Source: an uncultured delta proteobacterium (GTDB lineage Bacteria > Myxococcota > Myxococcia > Myxococcales > Myxococcaceae). From it: a DNA stretch of 64,000 nt. The notes below the pieces were generated by a model, which ran no database searches, was not told the DNA's origin, and was given only the letters and a program-made list of their open reading frames with translations. Position numbers and translations under genes: made by a program. This document shows, in pieces, positions 41,913 through 51,710 of this stretch (the first letter of the stretch is position 1; each line of letters starts with the position of its first letter). The DNA is taken from positions 576,001 through 640,000 of the forward strand of contig CAVYSY010000032.1 of NCBI GenBank assembly GCA_963771175.1, written 5' to 3'.

Positions 41913-42518
41913 ATGGCCGACATCCAGAAGAAGTACACGCCGATGCAGTTCACCCACCTCAAGGGTCTCAAGGGCATCAGCGACGCGGTGCTCGAGTCTC
42001 ACTTCAAGCTGTACGAGGGCTACGTCAACCGCACCAACAAGCTCACCGAGCTGCTCTCGGGCCTGCAGGCCAAGGGCGAGGCCCTCGGCGCCAACCCGGC
42101 CTACGCCGAGATGACCCGCCGTCTGGGCTTCGAGTACAACGGCATGGTCCTGCACGAGTACTACTTCGGCAACATGAAGCCGGGCGCCACCACCACGCCG
42201 GGCGGCAAGCTGAAGCAGGCCATGGAGCAGAGCTTCGGCTCCTACGAGAACTGGCTGACGGACTTCAAGGCCGTGGGCACCTCGCCGGGCATCGGCTGGG
42301 CCGTGACCTTCCAGGACCCGCGCACCGGCTGGCTCTCCAACCACTGGATCACCCTGCACGAGAACGGCAACATCGCCGGCTACACCCCCATCATCGTCAT
42401 GGACGCGTGGGAGCACGCCTTCGTCCCCGACTACAAGCCCTTCGAGCGCGCCAAGTACGTCGAGGCCTACTTCCAGAACCTCGACTTCGAGGCCTGCGAG
42501 GCCCGCCTGAAGAAGTAG
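41913..42518 (+). CDS. Fe/Mn superoxide dismutase family protein
   Basis: HFKLYEGYV, LHEYYF, GIGW, DAWEHAF. Confidence 0.88.
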   Translation: MADIQKKYTPMQFTHLKGLKGISDAVLESHFKLYEGYVNRTNKLTELLSGLQAKGEALGANPAYAEMTRRLGFEYNGMVLHEYYFGNMKPGATTTPGGKLKQAMEQSFGSYENWLTDFKAVGTSPGIGWAVTFQDPRTGWLSNHWITLHENGNIAGYTPIIVMDAWEHAFVPDYKPFERAKYVEAYFQNLDFEACEARLKK

Positions 42519-42540
42519 TCCTTCAGGTGCTTTGCTCTCG

Positions 42541-42583
42541 GCGGCGGATGGGCTCGACACAGGCCCGTCCGCCGTTGTCGTTT
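42541..42583 (+). terminator. Probable terminator
   Basis: GGCGGATGGGC...GCCCGTCCGCC stem followed by a T-rich tract. Confidence 0.55.
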
Positions 42584-42597
42584 CAGGGCTCCCCCCG

Positions 42598-43557
42598 CTA
42601 CTTCTTCCCGGTGCCGGAGCGCCCCTTCTTCCGCCGGGTCCGCGGCGTGGCCGTGCTCTCCACCCGCTTGCCTCGCGCCTCTCGCGCCTCTCGCGCCTCT
42701 CGCGCCTCGCGGGCCGCCTGCTGGCGCATCCGCAACGAGCCCCGGGTGAGCTCCCGCACCTCGCCACGCACCGGCTCGGGAGCCTTTTCGGCCGCCCTGC
42801 CCGCTCGGGCGGTCCGGGGCGCGGCCGCCTTCGTGGGTGCCGGAGCCTCCGCGGGCACCTCGCGCAGCCCCCGTGCCATGGCGCGCCGGTCGAGGAAGGC
42901 CAGCATCCGCTCGCGGTGCACGTCGTGGTAACGCTGCGGCTCGAAGCGGATGGTGCGCGCCTCGATGATGTCCAGGACGGACTCCACCTCGCTCTCGACG
43001 GGGCGGGGTCCAGGCACGGAGAACTCGGAGAAGCTCTCCTGCGAGACGACCTCGTCCGCGTAGTGCAGGGTGGACAGGACGAGCCCCCGCCCATGCGGCC
43101 ACACCGCGCACAGGTGTCCCTTCATGTGCATCACCAGCCGTCCGATGCCGACCCGGCCCGCGGCGCGCAGGGCCATCGCCATGGCCGCGTAGGGCTTCCA
43201 GGCGCCCTCGCCCGGCATGAGGTGGTAGGTGATGTCGAAGTAGATGGGATCGATCTCGGAGAGCTCGACGAAGTCCTCCAGGGCGATGGTGCGGCTGGAG
43301 CGGGGCTCGAAGGCCTCCAGCTCGCCCTGCGACACCTCCACGTAGCGGCCCCGGCCCAGGTCGTAGCCCTTCACCACGTGCTCGTAGGGCACCTCCTCGC
43401 CATCGGCCGAACACACCCGCTTCTGCTGGATGCGGGCTCCGTCCGCGTCGTGCAGGAGGTGGAACTGCACCTGTTTGGGAGAGACGGCACCGTAGAGCCG
43501 CACCGGAACGTTCATGGGCCCGAAACCGAGCGAGCCGGTCCAGACAGGACGAGACAT
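42598..43557 (-). CDS. ku: Ku protein (NHEJ)
   Basis: WTGSLGFG..NVPVRLY, VKGY, IDPIYFD, LHYADEV, basic tail with REA repeats. Confidence 0.9.
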   Translation of the reverse strand: MSRPVWTGSLGFGPMNVPVRLYGAVSPKQVQFHLLHDADGARIQQKRVCSADGEEVPYEHVVKGYDLGRGRYVEVSQGELEAFEPRSSRTIALEDFVELSEIDPIYFDITYHLMPGEGAWKPYAAMAMALRAAGRVGIGRLVMHMKGHLCAVWPHGRGLVLSTLHYADEVVSQESFSEFSVPGPRPVESEVESVLDIIEARTIRFEPQRYHDVHRERMLAFLDRRAMARGLREVPAEAPAPTKAAAPRTARAGRAAEKAPEPVRGEVRELTRGSLRMRQQAAREAREAREAREARGKRVESTATPRTRRKKGRSGTGKK

Positions 43558-43799
43558 GTGGGGCCTCCCTGGCACCCGGGTGGGCGCCGTCTCCTAAGGT
43601 CCGTACCGCTCGGGCGGACGGCAAGGCACTCCGCGCACCCGGACGGGGGCCCGCAGGGACGGTTGCTCCCGGCGACCTCGCATATCCGTCCACGGTGGAC
43701 GTCCCAGAAAAGACATCTTACGGAAGGCTTGCCGGGGCCACTCGCCGCTGAGTACGAGGCCGGGTCATCCGGCAGTCACACAACCAGGAAGGAAGCGGC

Positions 43800-44624
43800 A
43801 TGCAGCGGATTCTCTTGGCGGTTCTGGGCCTCACCCTGACCATGAACCTGACGACGGGGTGCGCGACGCTCAAACGCGCGAACGTGGGGCGCACGGCGGC
43901 GTCCATCTTCATCTCCGACGAGCAGGAGGAGCAGCTCGGCCGGCAGGTGAAGACGGAGCTCGAGACGAAGGAGAAGATCAAATACGTCGAGGACCCGGTG
44001 GTGGTGGAGTACGTGCGCACCGTGTCCACGCGCCTCCTCCAGCAGGCGAACAAGGACCGGCCGAACGTGAAGTGGAAGGTGAACGTCATCGACGATCCGA
44101 AGACGGTGAACGCCTTCGCCACGCCGGGCGGCTACCTGTACGTGTACACCGGCCTGCTGCTGGCGGCGGACAACGAGGCGGAGCTGGCCGGGGTGCTGGG
44201 GCACGAGGCCGGACACGTGGTGGGCCGGCACTCGGCGCAGGCGCTGATGCTCCAGTACGGCCAGCAGGCCCTCACCGAAGCGGCGCTCGGGAAGGACGCG
44301 AACACGGTGGCGCAGATCGCCGCGAACCTCGCGGGCACGGGCACGGGGCTGGCCTTCAGCCGCAGCAACGAGACGGAGGCCGATGAGCTCGGCGCGAAGT
44401 ACACGTCGGCGGTGGGCTACGACCCGCACGGGCTGGTGACCTTCTTCAACAAGCTGGCGGCGCAGGAGGGCAAGACGCCGGGCGTGCTGAAGTGGCTGAG
44501 CACGCACCCGCCGAGCGCCGACCGCGTGACCCATCTGAACGCCTACATCTCCCAGAAGGGGCTGTCGGGCAAGGACCTGGGGGCGGACCGTCTGACCCCC
44601 ATCAAGCAGCGCCTGAGCAAGTAG
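43800..44624 (+). CDS. M48 family metalloprotease lipoprotein
   Basis: VNAFATPGG, HEAGH, ETEAD, STHP. Confidence 0.9.
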   Translation: MQRILLAVLGLTLTMNLTTGCATLKRANVGRTAASIFISDEQEEQLGRQVKTELETKEKIKYVEDPVVVEYVRTVSTRLLQQANKDRPNVKWKVNVIDDPKTVNAFATPGGYLYVYTGLLLAADNEAELAGVLGHEAGHVVGRHSAQALMLQYGQQALTEAALGKDANTVAQIAANLAGTGTGLAFSRSNETEADELGAKYTSAVGYDPHGLVTFFNKLAAQEGKTPGVLKWLSTHPPSADRVTHLNAYISQKGLSGKDLGADRLTPIKQRLSK

Positions 44625-44633
44625 GCCCCTGCT

Positions 44634-45692
44634 TCAACGCACCGGGGGAGGCGGCCCCCGCACCTCCCCGTCGGGCTCATCGTGGAGCTCGGCGGGGGGC
44701 TCGACCTCGGACGAGGCGTGCTCCGCCATGCGTCGGCGCCAGCGCCAGAAGGCGAGCCGCTCCCGTCCCGAACGGCGCCCCTCGACGGGGCCGCCCTTGA
44801 GGTGGGGCAATTCGAGGGGTGGGGGCTTGCCGGCCGCCCGCGCCGCCTCGGCCTCGGCCTGCTCGAGGACGGCATTCACCTCGCCGCCGAGGATGAAGAT
44901 GAGACCGGTGAGGTAGAGCCACAGCAGCAGCACGACGGCGCCACCGAGGGAGCCATAGGTGACGTTGTAGCGGCCGAAGTGCTCGACGTACTGCGTGAAG
45001 CCCCAGGTGGTGAGCAGCCACAGGAGGCTGGCGAGCAGCGCGCCCGGGGAGAGGAACTGGTAGCGGTGCCGCACGGCGGGCAGGCGCCAGTAGCACAGGG
45101 CCAGCATCAGCATGACGAGGCCCGCGGTGAAGGGCCAGCGCAGCCACGTCCACACGGCCTGGTAGAAGGCGAGGACGTGGAGGTGATCGGCGATCCACTC
45201 GCCCAGCCGCCCGCCCAGGAGGAAGAGGGCGAAGGCCAGGGGGAGGACCAGCGAGCCCGCCACCGTCATGAGGATGGCGAGCCCCTGCGTCTTCCAGAAG
45301 GGCCGGTACTCGGGGACGTCGTAGGCGAGGTTGAGCGCCCGGCGGAACGCGTCCACGCCGCGCGAGGCCGACCAGAGCGCCACCAGCAGGCCAAGGGTGA
45401 TGAGGCGGGGCCGGCTCTGGGTGACGAGCGACTCGAGGTGCTCCCGCACCACCCGCAGGGCCTCGGCCGGCATGAGCGGGCCGAGCCGCTCCATCATGGC
45501 GTCCACGGCTCCCGGGGCGAACGGCAGGTACGCCGCGAACGTCACGAGGAAGAAGAGGAACGGGAACAGGGCGAAGAGGAAATAGAAGGCGAGCTGCGCC
45601 GCGCACTCGGTGACGGCGTCCTCCCGCAGCTCCACCCAGAGACGTCGGAAGAGCTCACGCCATGTCAGGTGCCTGGGCTTGCGGAACCCCAT
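44634..45692 (-). CDS. YihY/virulence factor BrkB family membrane protein
   Basis: AAQLAFYFLFALFP, YNVTYGSLG, GGEVNA. Confidence 0.9.
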   Translation of the reverse strand: MGFRKPRHLTWRELFRRLWVELREDAVTECAAQLAFYFLFALFPFLFFLVTFAAYLPFAPGAVDAMMERLGPLMPAEALRVVREHLESLVTQSRPRLITLGLLVALWSASRGVDAFRRALNLAYDVPEYRPFWKTQGLAILMTVAGSLVLPLAFALFLLGGRLGEWIADHLHVLAFYQAVWTWLRWPFTAGLVMLMLALCYWRLPAVRHRYQFLSPGALLASLLWLLTTWGFTQYVEHFGRYNVTYGSLGGAVVLLLWLYLTGLIFILGGEVNAVLEQAEAEAARAAGKPPPLELPHLKGGPVEGRRSGRERLAFWRWRRRMAEHASSEVEPPAELHDEPDGEVRGPPPPVR

Positions 45693-45802
45693 CCATCCTC
45701 CGTGTGGTCCCGGGGAGCGGCAAGGAAGGTGGGCACGAGTGGGCGCCCCCGCAGCCCCCCCGCGCCAGAAAGGGAGGATGCCTGCTAGCCTCCCCTTCCA
45801 CC

Positions 45803-46393
45803 ATGCATCCCCTACCGCTCGTCATCTTCCTGACGCTCGCCGCCGGTCCCAACCGTCCCATCCCCGCGGGATGCCGCGAGGACCATGGAACGTGCCGCGA
45901 GGACTGCACCATCGAATACGGTGGCGGCACGACGAAGTACCGCCAGCTCACCGAGTGCCTCGTCCGCTGTGAACAGGCGCAGAAGGAGTGCACCGACGAG
46001 CACTACTTGCGCCTGGACGCGCAGTTCGACCCGACGCCCCCGCCCCCAGAGGATCCGGCCATGAAGCCCGCTCAGGACTCGGTGCGCCGTGGCGTCTACC
46101 GGGCCTCTGAGGCGGAGCCCCCCACCCCCGTCGAGCCTCCCGAGCCCGCCGCGAATGAGGAACCCGTCGCCGCGCCCGAGCCGAAGTCGCAGCCCGCGGC
46201 CCCGGCGAAGCCCGTATCGGAGCCGGCGTCGAAGGACAGCGCGGACGACACCAGCTCCGACGAGCCCGAGCCCGAGCCCGAGCCGGCGCCCGCGCCGAAA
46301 CCGGCTCCGAAGCCCGTGGAGCCCACGAGGCCACAGCCTCCACCGGAGCCCAAGAAGAAGGACATCTCCGACTGGGACCCGAACGGGGACTGA
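45803..46393 (+). CDS. Secreted Cys-rich, Pro/Glu-rich hypothetical protein
   Basis: Signal-like N-terminus, six Cys, low-complexity tail. Confidence 0.65.
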   Translation: MHPLPLVIFLTLAAGPNRPIPAGCREDHGTCREDCTIEYGGGTTKYRQLTECLVRCEQAQKECTDEHYLRLDAQFDPTPPPPEDPAMKPAQDSVRRGVYRASEAEPPTPVEPPEPAANEEPVAAPEPKSQPAAPAKPVSEPASKDSADDTSSDEPEPEPEPAPAPKPAPKPVEPTRPQPPPEPKKKDISDWDPNGD

Positions 46394-46402
46394 CTCGCCC
46401 GA

Positions 46403-47389
46403 CTACACGGACCGAGCGCCAGAGGAGGCGGGAGAGTCCCTCTCGCCGCCCTCCACCGACACCGGAGCTGCCCGCTCGACGGGAGCTCCCTGCGTCAGCC
46501 GCACGCCGGCGATGACCAGCACGCCACCGACAGCCAGCTCCCAATGCAGCGGCTCACCGAGCACCAGCCACGCGGCGAGCGCGGTGGCGGCGGGCTGGAG
46601 GTTGGAGAAGATGGCCACGCGAGAGGCGGGCACCTTGGACAGGGCGTAGTACCAGATGAGGTAGGCCACCACGGACGTGAGGATGGCCAGGTAGGCGATG
46701 CTGCCCAGGGCGGGCGCGCTGACGGCGAAGGTGCGCGCCGGCTCCAGGGCGAAGGGCATCACGGGCACGAGCAGCAGGGCCGCGGCCACCATGCTCCACG
46801 AGGTGGAGCGCACCGGGCCGTAGGTGGCGGCGAAGGGCTTGCCCTCGGTGGTGTAGCCGACCCAGGCGATCACGGCCCCGAGAATGAGGAGATCGCCCAG
46901 GAGCGAGCCACCCGCCGACGCGAGCCCGCGCCCCAACAGCAGCACCACCACCCCCGCGAGCGCGGTGAAGATGCCGAGCGTGGCGAGAGAGGACGGCCGC
47001 TCGTGCCCACGCGCGAGGCTCAGCAGGTACACGCCGAGCGGAGTGAGCGCGTAGAGGAGCGCCGCGTGGGACGCGCTGGAGTGGGCCAGCCCGTAGAAGA
47101 ACAGCATCTGGTTGATGGGGCCAGCGAGCAGGCCGAGCAGCAGCACGCGGCGCCACTCGGAGCGGGGCGGCAGCTTGGGGCCGGGCGTGAAGGCGATGAG
47201 CAGGCAGAAGACGGTGGCGCTCAGCAGGAAGCGCCACAGCACCACGGTGATGGGTGGGAGCTCCGCCATGGCCCGCTTGCCCGCCAGATAGGTGCCCGCG
47301 CTGATGGTCACCTGCAACAACATCGCGGCGTACACCTTGCCGAGCGGCGCCTGGTGAGAAGAGAGAGTCCCGGTGGTGGATGCGCCCAT
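46403..47389 (-). CDS. DMT/EamA family transporter
   Basis: About 10 TM segments, NLQP and LGE motifs. Confidence 0.85.
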   Translation of the reverse strand: MGASTTGTLSSHQAPLGKVYAAMLLQVTISAGTYLAGKRAMAELPPITVVLWRFLLSATVFCLLIAFTPGPKLPPRSEWRRVLLLGLLAGPINQMLFFYGLAHSSASHAALLYALTPLGVYLLSLARGHERPSSLATLGIFTALAGVVVLLLGRGLASAGGSLLGDLLILGAVIAWVGYTTEGKPFAATYGPVRSTSWSMVAAALLLVPVMPFALEPARTFAVSAPALGSIAYLAILTSVVAYLIWYYALSKVPASRVAIFSNLQPAATALAAWLVLGEPLHWELAVGGVLVIAGVRLTQGAPVERAAPVSVEGGERDSPASSGARSV

Positions 47390-47411
47390 CTTGGAGCGCC
47401 CAGTATCAGAT

Positions 47412-48443
47412 TTACGCGTCCAGGTGCAGGAGCGCCCACCGAGCGGCGTGGCGCACCTGCTCGCTCGGGTCCTCGCGCAGCCTCTCCAGCAGGGCACGGG
47501 CGTCCTGCTGCTTCGCGGCGCCCAGGGCGTACACGGCATTGCGGCGCAGGCCGTCGTACTTGGCCCGTCCGAGCGCCGTGCCGGGGATGAGCTGCTCGTA
47601 CTGCTCGGGGGTGAGCGCGGCCAGCTCCCTCACCCCGAGCTCCGCCACCGCTCGCGGCGCGAAGCGCTCGTTCGGCGTCAGCACGGGGGAGCGGTTGAGG
47701 GGACACACGTCCTGGCAGATGTCGCAGCCGAAGATGATGTTGTCCATCTCCACCCGGAAGGACTCGGGCACCTCGGCGTGGCGGTTCTCGATGGTCTGGT
47801 AGGAGAGACAGGCCCGCGCATCCACCCGCCCCTGGCCCAGCAGCGCGCCGGTGGGGCAGGACATGATGCACTTGCGGCAGTGGCCGCAGCGGTCCTCGGC
47901 GGGGCCACCCGCGTACGCATCCACCTCGGCGTCCAGGATGAGCGCGGACAGCAGCACCCACGAGCCGAAGGGCTCGGTGATGAAGCACCCGTTCTTGCCC
48001 ACGTAGCCCAGCCCCGCGCGCGCGGCCCACACCTTCTCCATCAGCGGGCCCGAGTCCACGCTGCCGTAGTGGTGCACCTCGGGGTACGCCTCCGAGAGCC
48101 GCTTGCGGAACGCCTTCAGCTTGTCGCGCAGGGTGGAGTGGTAGTCCCGGCCCCGCGCGTAGCGGGCGATGGGCGAGCCCGCCGTCTTCGGCTCATCGCG
48201 GTAGTAGTTGGTGGCGAAAGCAATGACCGTCCGCGCCCCGGGGAGCAGCTGGGAGACATCGAGCCGCTCGGCCGCCCGGGTGCTCATCCAGTCCATGTCC
48301 GCGGCGCAGCCGGCCTCGAGCCATTCGAGGAGCGTCCCGGAGGGGATGGGCTCGGCGCGAGCGAAGCCCACGAGATCGAAGCCGACCTGCTGGGAGAGCT
48401 GGCGGAGATGGGCGGTGGGCAGCGGCGTCACGGTCCCATACAT
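47412..48443 (-). CDS. queG: tRNA epoxyqueuosine reductase
   Basis: YARGRDYH, GLGYVGKN, CGHCRKCIMSCPT, GCDICQDVCP. Confidence 0.92.
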   Translation of the reverse strand: MYGTVTPLPTAHLRQLSQQVGFDLVGFARAEPIPSGTLLEWLEAGCAADMDWMSTRAAERLDVSQLLPGARTVIAFATNYYRDEPKTAGSPIARYARGRDYHSTLRDKLKAFRKRLSEAYPEVHHYGSVDSGPLMEKVWAARAGLGYVGKNGCFITEPFGSWVLLSALILDAEVDAYAGGPAEDRCGHCRKCIMSCPTGALLGQGRVDARACLSYQTIENRHAEVPESFRVEMDNIIFGCDICQDVCPLNRSPVLTPNERFAPRAVAELGVRELAALTPEQYEQLIPGTALGRAKYDGLRRNAVYALGAAKQQDARALLERLREDPSEQVRHAARWALLHLDA

Positions 48444-48478
48444 AACCGCGTCGCCGCCTCAGGGGAGCCCCTACGGTG

Positions 48479-49040
48479 CTACTTGCCGGATTTCTCCGGT
48501 ATCCACTTCACATCCTCGACGCCCACCCGGTGGTTGGCGACCCGGGCCATGATGAAGAGCAGGTCCGAGAGACGGTTGAGGTAGACCACCGCCTCCTGGG
48601 CGGCCTCGCCCTCGCGCAGGGCGGCGACCACGCGGCGCTCGGCCCGGCGGCACACCGTGCCGGGAGAGGTGCAGCGCGGCGGCCGCCTGGCTGCCCCCCG
48701 GCAGGATGAAGTGCGTCATGGGAGAGAGCTCGGTCTCGAAGGTGTCGATGGCCCGCTCCATGTCCGTCACCCACTCGGGCTTGAGCTTGGGGATGTGCTC
48801 GGACGCCTTGGTGCCCACGGGCGTGGCCAGCACCGCGCCCACGGTGAAGAGCTGGTCCTGCAGCCGTTGGAGGAGCGCGTCCAGGTCCGTGGGCATGGAC
48901 AGCGAGCGCGCCAGCCCCAGCGAGGCGTTCAGCTCGTCCACCTCGCCGTAGGCATCCACGCGCGCGCTGTCCTTTCGCACCCGGCCCCCGCCGAACAGCC
49001 CCGTCTCCCCCGTGTCACCGGTCTTCGTGTAGATCTTCAT
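48479..49040 (-). CDS. PduO-type cob(I)alamin adenosyltransferase (frameshift ~48660)
   Basis: [35 protein letters not shown]. Confidence 0.9.
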
Positions 49041-49058
49041 GGCGCCTCGTCTAACCGC

Positions 49059-51710
49059 CTATTGGCAGTTCGTCACGGGAGTCGCGGGGTTGCCCGTGTT
49101 GCGCACGTCGTGCTGGAACTTCGGCCACGCAGCGGAGGCGTCCGGTCCCGGACTGTCCACCACGACGGCATACAGCCGCCCGTCCATGTTCGACGGGACG
49201 TAGAGCACCCCGGGGCGGTTCATGATCGGCGCGCCGGTGGTGGCATCCCGCGCGCAGTCGAGTGACAGCTCGCTACCTTCCACGCCCCTGCCCAGGTCCG
49301 CGCTCCAGCGTGGAGACAGCTCCGTCGTGGACCAGGCCATCAGCGCGCTCGGGCCGCTCGAAGTAGCGAGCGTGTACAGCGTCCCATCCCGTCCAAGCAC
49401 GGGAGTGATGCTCGAGGAGGGAAGCCCTTTACCGATGGTCGTCGTCCCACCGGCCAGCGGGAACTTGTGCAGCTCGTAGCCGGAGTAGTCGAAGACGGAG
49501 AAGAACGCCTCGTTCCCACTGCCCACCGAGATGCCGCTGATGCTGTTCGCATTGGGGAGCGCGTCTCTCAACGTCGACGTGCCTCCACTCGTTGGGAGGG
49601 AGAAGAGGCCGCGCGCGTCGACCTGGTTGCCCACCCCTGGCACGACGAGCTGGGAGCCCACCAGGACCGGGCTGCCCAGAGTGCCATCGAACTTCACCGG
49701 CCAGTCGCTCCGGGGCAGGCTGCCGCCGAACGTGTAGCTGACCACGTCGGTGAGCCCACAGCAGGTGGCGCTGTCGGCCACATAGAAGACGTTCGTCCCC
49801 TGAGACACGAAGCCAGGGGCCACCGGCACCTGGAGCTTGGTGGTGCTGGTGCCGAACTCGAGGCACCGCTCCGCGGCCAACGCCGCGTCCGGACGGATGG
49901 CCACGAAGCGGCTCGGGGCGCCACGGAGGAAGCCCACCACCGATTCCAGCTCCACACCGCTGGCGTTGGTGGTGAGCAGGGTGAGCGAGCCCATGAGCTC
50001 GCTCGCCCCGGACCATGAGGTACCCGTGGGCGGGCACCTCATGTGGGAAGTGCCCTTCTCTCCGTCATACGCATACAGCCCCAGGGAGGAGGAGGTCGAC
50101 CCCGCCGCGACGTAGACGAGCTCCGTGAGCTGTCCAAAATCACTGTCCCGGGTCTGCCCCACCACCGGCGTACTGATACGGTTGCTGGTGGTCGGCCTCA
50201 CCTCCCACTTCAGCTGTCCCTCGGAAGAGAGGGCCACGAGGGTGCTCCGGGTGGAGAGGTAGACATTGCCCCGGGCGCCGACGGCTGGCGTCGAATCGAT
50301 GTTGTCCGAGATGAAGTAGGCCCACTTCCAACGCGTCACCGGAATGGAACCGTTCTCCGTCTTCGTGTTGCCCACCAGGTCCCGGGCGCTGGCCACGAGC
50401 TTCATCTGCCCGCGGAACACATCGAACCGGGGCGTCCACAGCTGCACGTTGCCCTTGACGCAGAGGTTCGCGGCGCACGGCGCGGTGGACGTCACGGTCA
50501 CCGGCAGGCTCACGCCGTCGGTCCCCTGTACCGCGAGGGTGAGAGACGTCGGGTCGACGAAGGGGTCCCTCACCTGCACCTCGACCGGGACCTCCTGATC
50601 GCGCCGCCACGGATACGGCCCACCGAACCCCGTGTCCGGGTACGTCGTCCGGCCCGAGGGGTCATTCGGGAAGGACGGAGGAGGAATCACGAACGTGATG
50701 GCGGGGGGCGTGAGATCCACCTTCACGGTCACCGTGGCGCTCGGGCCACCCTCCGGCACGGCCGCGCTCAGCGTGTAGTCGCCATCCCCTCCCGGGGGCA
50801 CCCACTTCACCTCGTACACGTTGTCGACCACACTCAGGGAGGAGAAGGTGCCGCCCAGCCCACCCCCGACCCGCGTGTCGCTGAAGACGAGCTGGGACGG
50901 GAACCTCGGGTTGGAGGCGAACTCCGGCTTCACCTCGACCCGCACCCGCAGCGTCACCCCCTCGCTATTCGAGGGGCTGCCCTCCACCGGCGCCAGCACC
51001 GTCACCGAGGCGAAGCGGGACACACAGGACTCTCCGACGTACTCCTGCGTGGCCGCACAGGTGCATGCCGGGCCACCAAAGTCCTCGTCCTTCTGCCCGT
51101 CGCAGTCGTCATCCAGGGCATTGCACGTCTCGGGCGCACCGACATAGCGGGAGGCCCGGGTGTCATCGCAGTCGAGCGCATTGGGCGCATGGCCCGCCGG
51201 CTGCAGGCAGCTATCGATGCCCGCGGACCCCGGAGCACCCTGGCCATCGCGATCCTCGTCCGGGTGCCACTGGCCGGGCTTCACGACACAGGTGCGCCCC
51301 CCGCCCGACTCACAGGCCCACGTCCCCTTGCAGCCGGTGGTCATGTCGCAGAGGGCACCCAGGAAGAAGTCCTCGTCCGTCTGCCCATCGCAGTCATCGT
51401 CCCGGTCGTTGCACACCTCGGCCCTGGGGCCCACGTCCCCTTCGCAGGCACCCCAGTTGCCATCGTTCCCACAGCGACGCTGACCCTGCTCGCACTCGCC
51501 AGTGACCTTGCCACAGGCCTCCGTGGTGCCTGGCACGCACTCGTGGGGGACGCTCGTGGACAGGCATATTCCCCCGAGGCACTCATACCCCTGGGCGCAG
51601 GGGTGCGCCTCGTTGCAGGCGCGGATCTTCTCCTTCTCGAGGTCCCCCAGTTCCGGAACGGTGCACCCCACGAGCAGCATCAGGGCCGTGGCCCACGTGA
51701 AGCGTTTCAT
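49059..51710 (-). CDS. Lipoprotein with Cys-rich putative metal-binding (MopE-related) repeats and C-terminal beta-propeller
   Basis: Lipobox LVGC; CN..DDDCDG..DE repeats; WPKFQHD.RNTG terminus. Confidence 0.75.
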   Translation of the reverse strand: MKRFTWATALMLLVGCTVPELGDLEKEKIRACNEAHPCAQGYECLGGICLSTSVPHECVPGTTEACGKVTGECEQGQRRCGNDGNWGACEGDVGPRAEVCNDRDDDCDGQTDEDFFLGALCDMTTGCKGTWACESGGGRTCVVKPGQWHPDEDRDGQGAPGSAGIDSCLQPAGHAPNALDCDDTRASRYVGAPETCNALDDDCDGQKDEDFGGPACTCAATQEYVGESCVSRFASVTVLAPVEGSPSNSEGVTLRVRVEVKPEFASNPRFPSQLVFSDTRVGGGLGGTFSSLSVVDNVYEVKWVPPGGDGDYTLSAAVPEGGPSATVTVKVDLTPPAITFVIPPPSFPNDPSGRTTYPDTGFGGPYPWRRDQEVPVEVQVRDPFVDPTSLTLAVQGTDGVSLPVTVTSTAPCAANLCVKGNVQLWTPRFDVFRGQMKLVASARDLVGNTKTENGSIPVTRWKWAYFISDNIDSTPAVGARGNVYLSTRSTLVALSSEGQLKWEVRPTTSNRISTPVVGQTRDSDFGQLTELVYVAAGSTSSSLGLYAYDGEKGTSHMRCPPTGTSWSGASELMGSLTLLTTNASGVELESVVGFLRGAPSRFVAIRPDAALAAERCLEFGTSTTKLQVPVAPGFVSQGTNVFYVADSATCCGLTDVVSYTFGGSLPRSDWPVKFDGTLGSPVLVGSQLVVPGVGNQVDARGLFSLPTSGGTSTLRDALPNANSISGISVGSGNEAFFSVFDYSGYELHKFPLAGGTTTIGKGLPSSSITPVLGRDGTLYTLATSSGPSALMAWSTTELSPRWSADLGRGVEGSELSLDCARDATTGAPIMNRPGVLYVPSNMDGRLYAVVVDSPGPDASAAWPKFQHDVRNTGNPATPVTNCQ

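Noticed and set aside
42672..42710. 9-bp tandem repeat
   Set aside because: In-frame REA repeats in the low-complexity Ku tail; unremarkable
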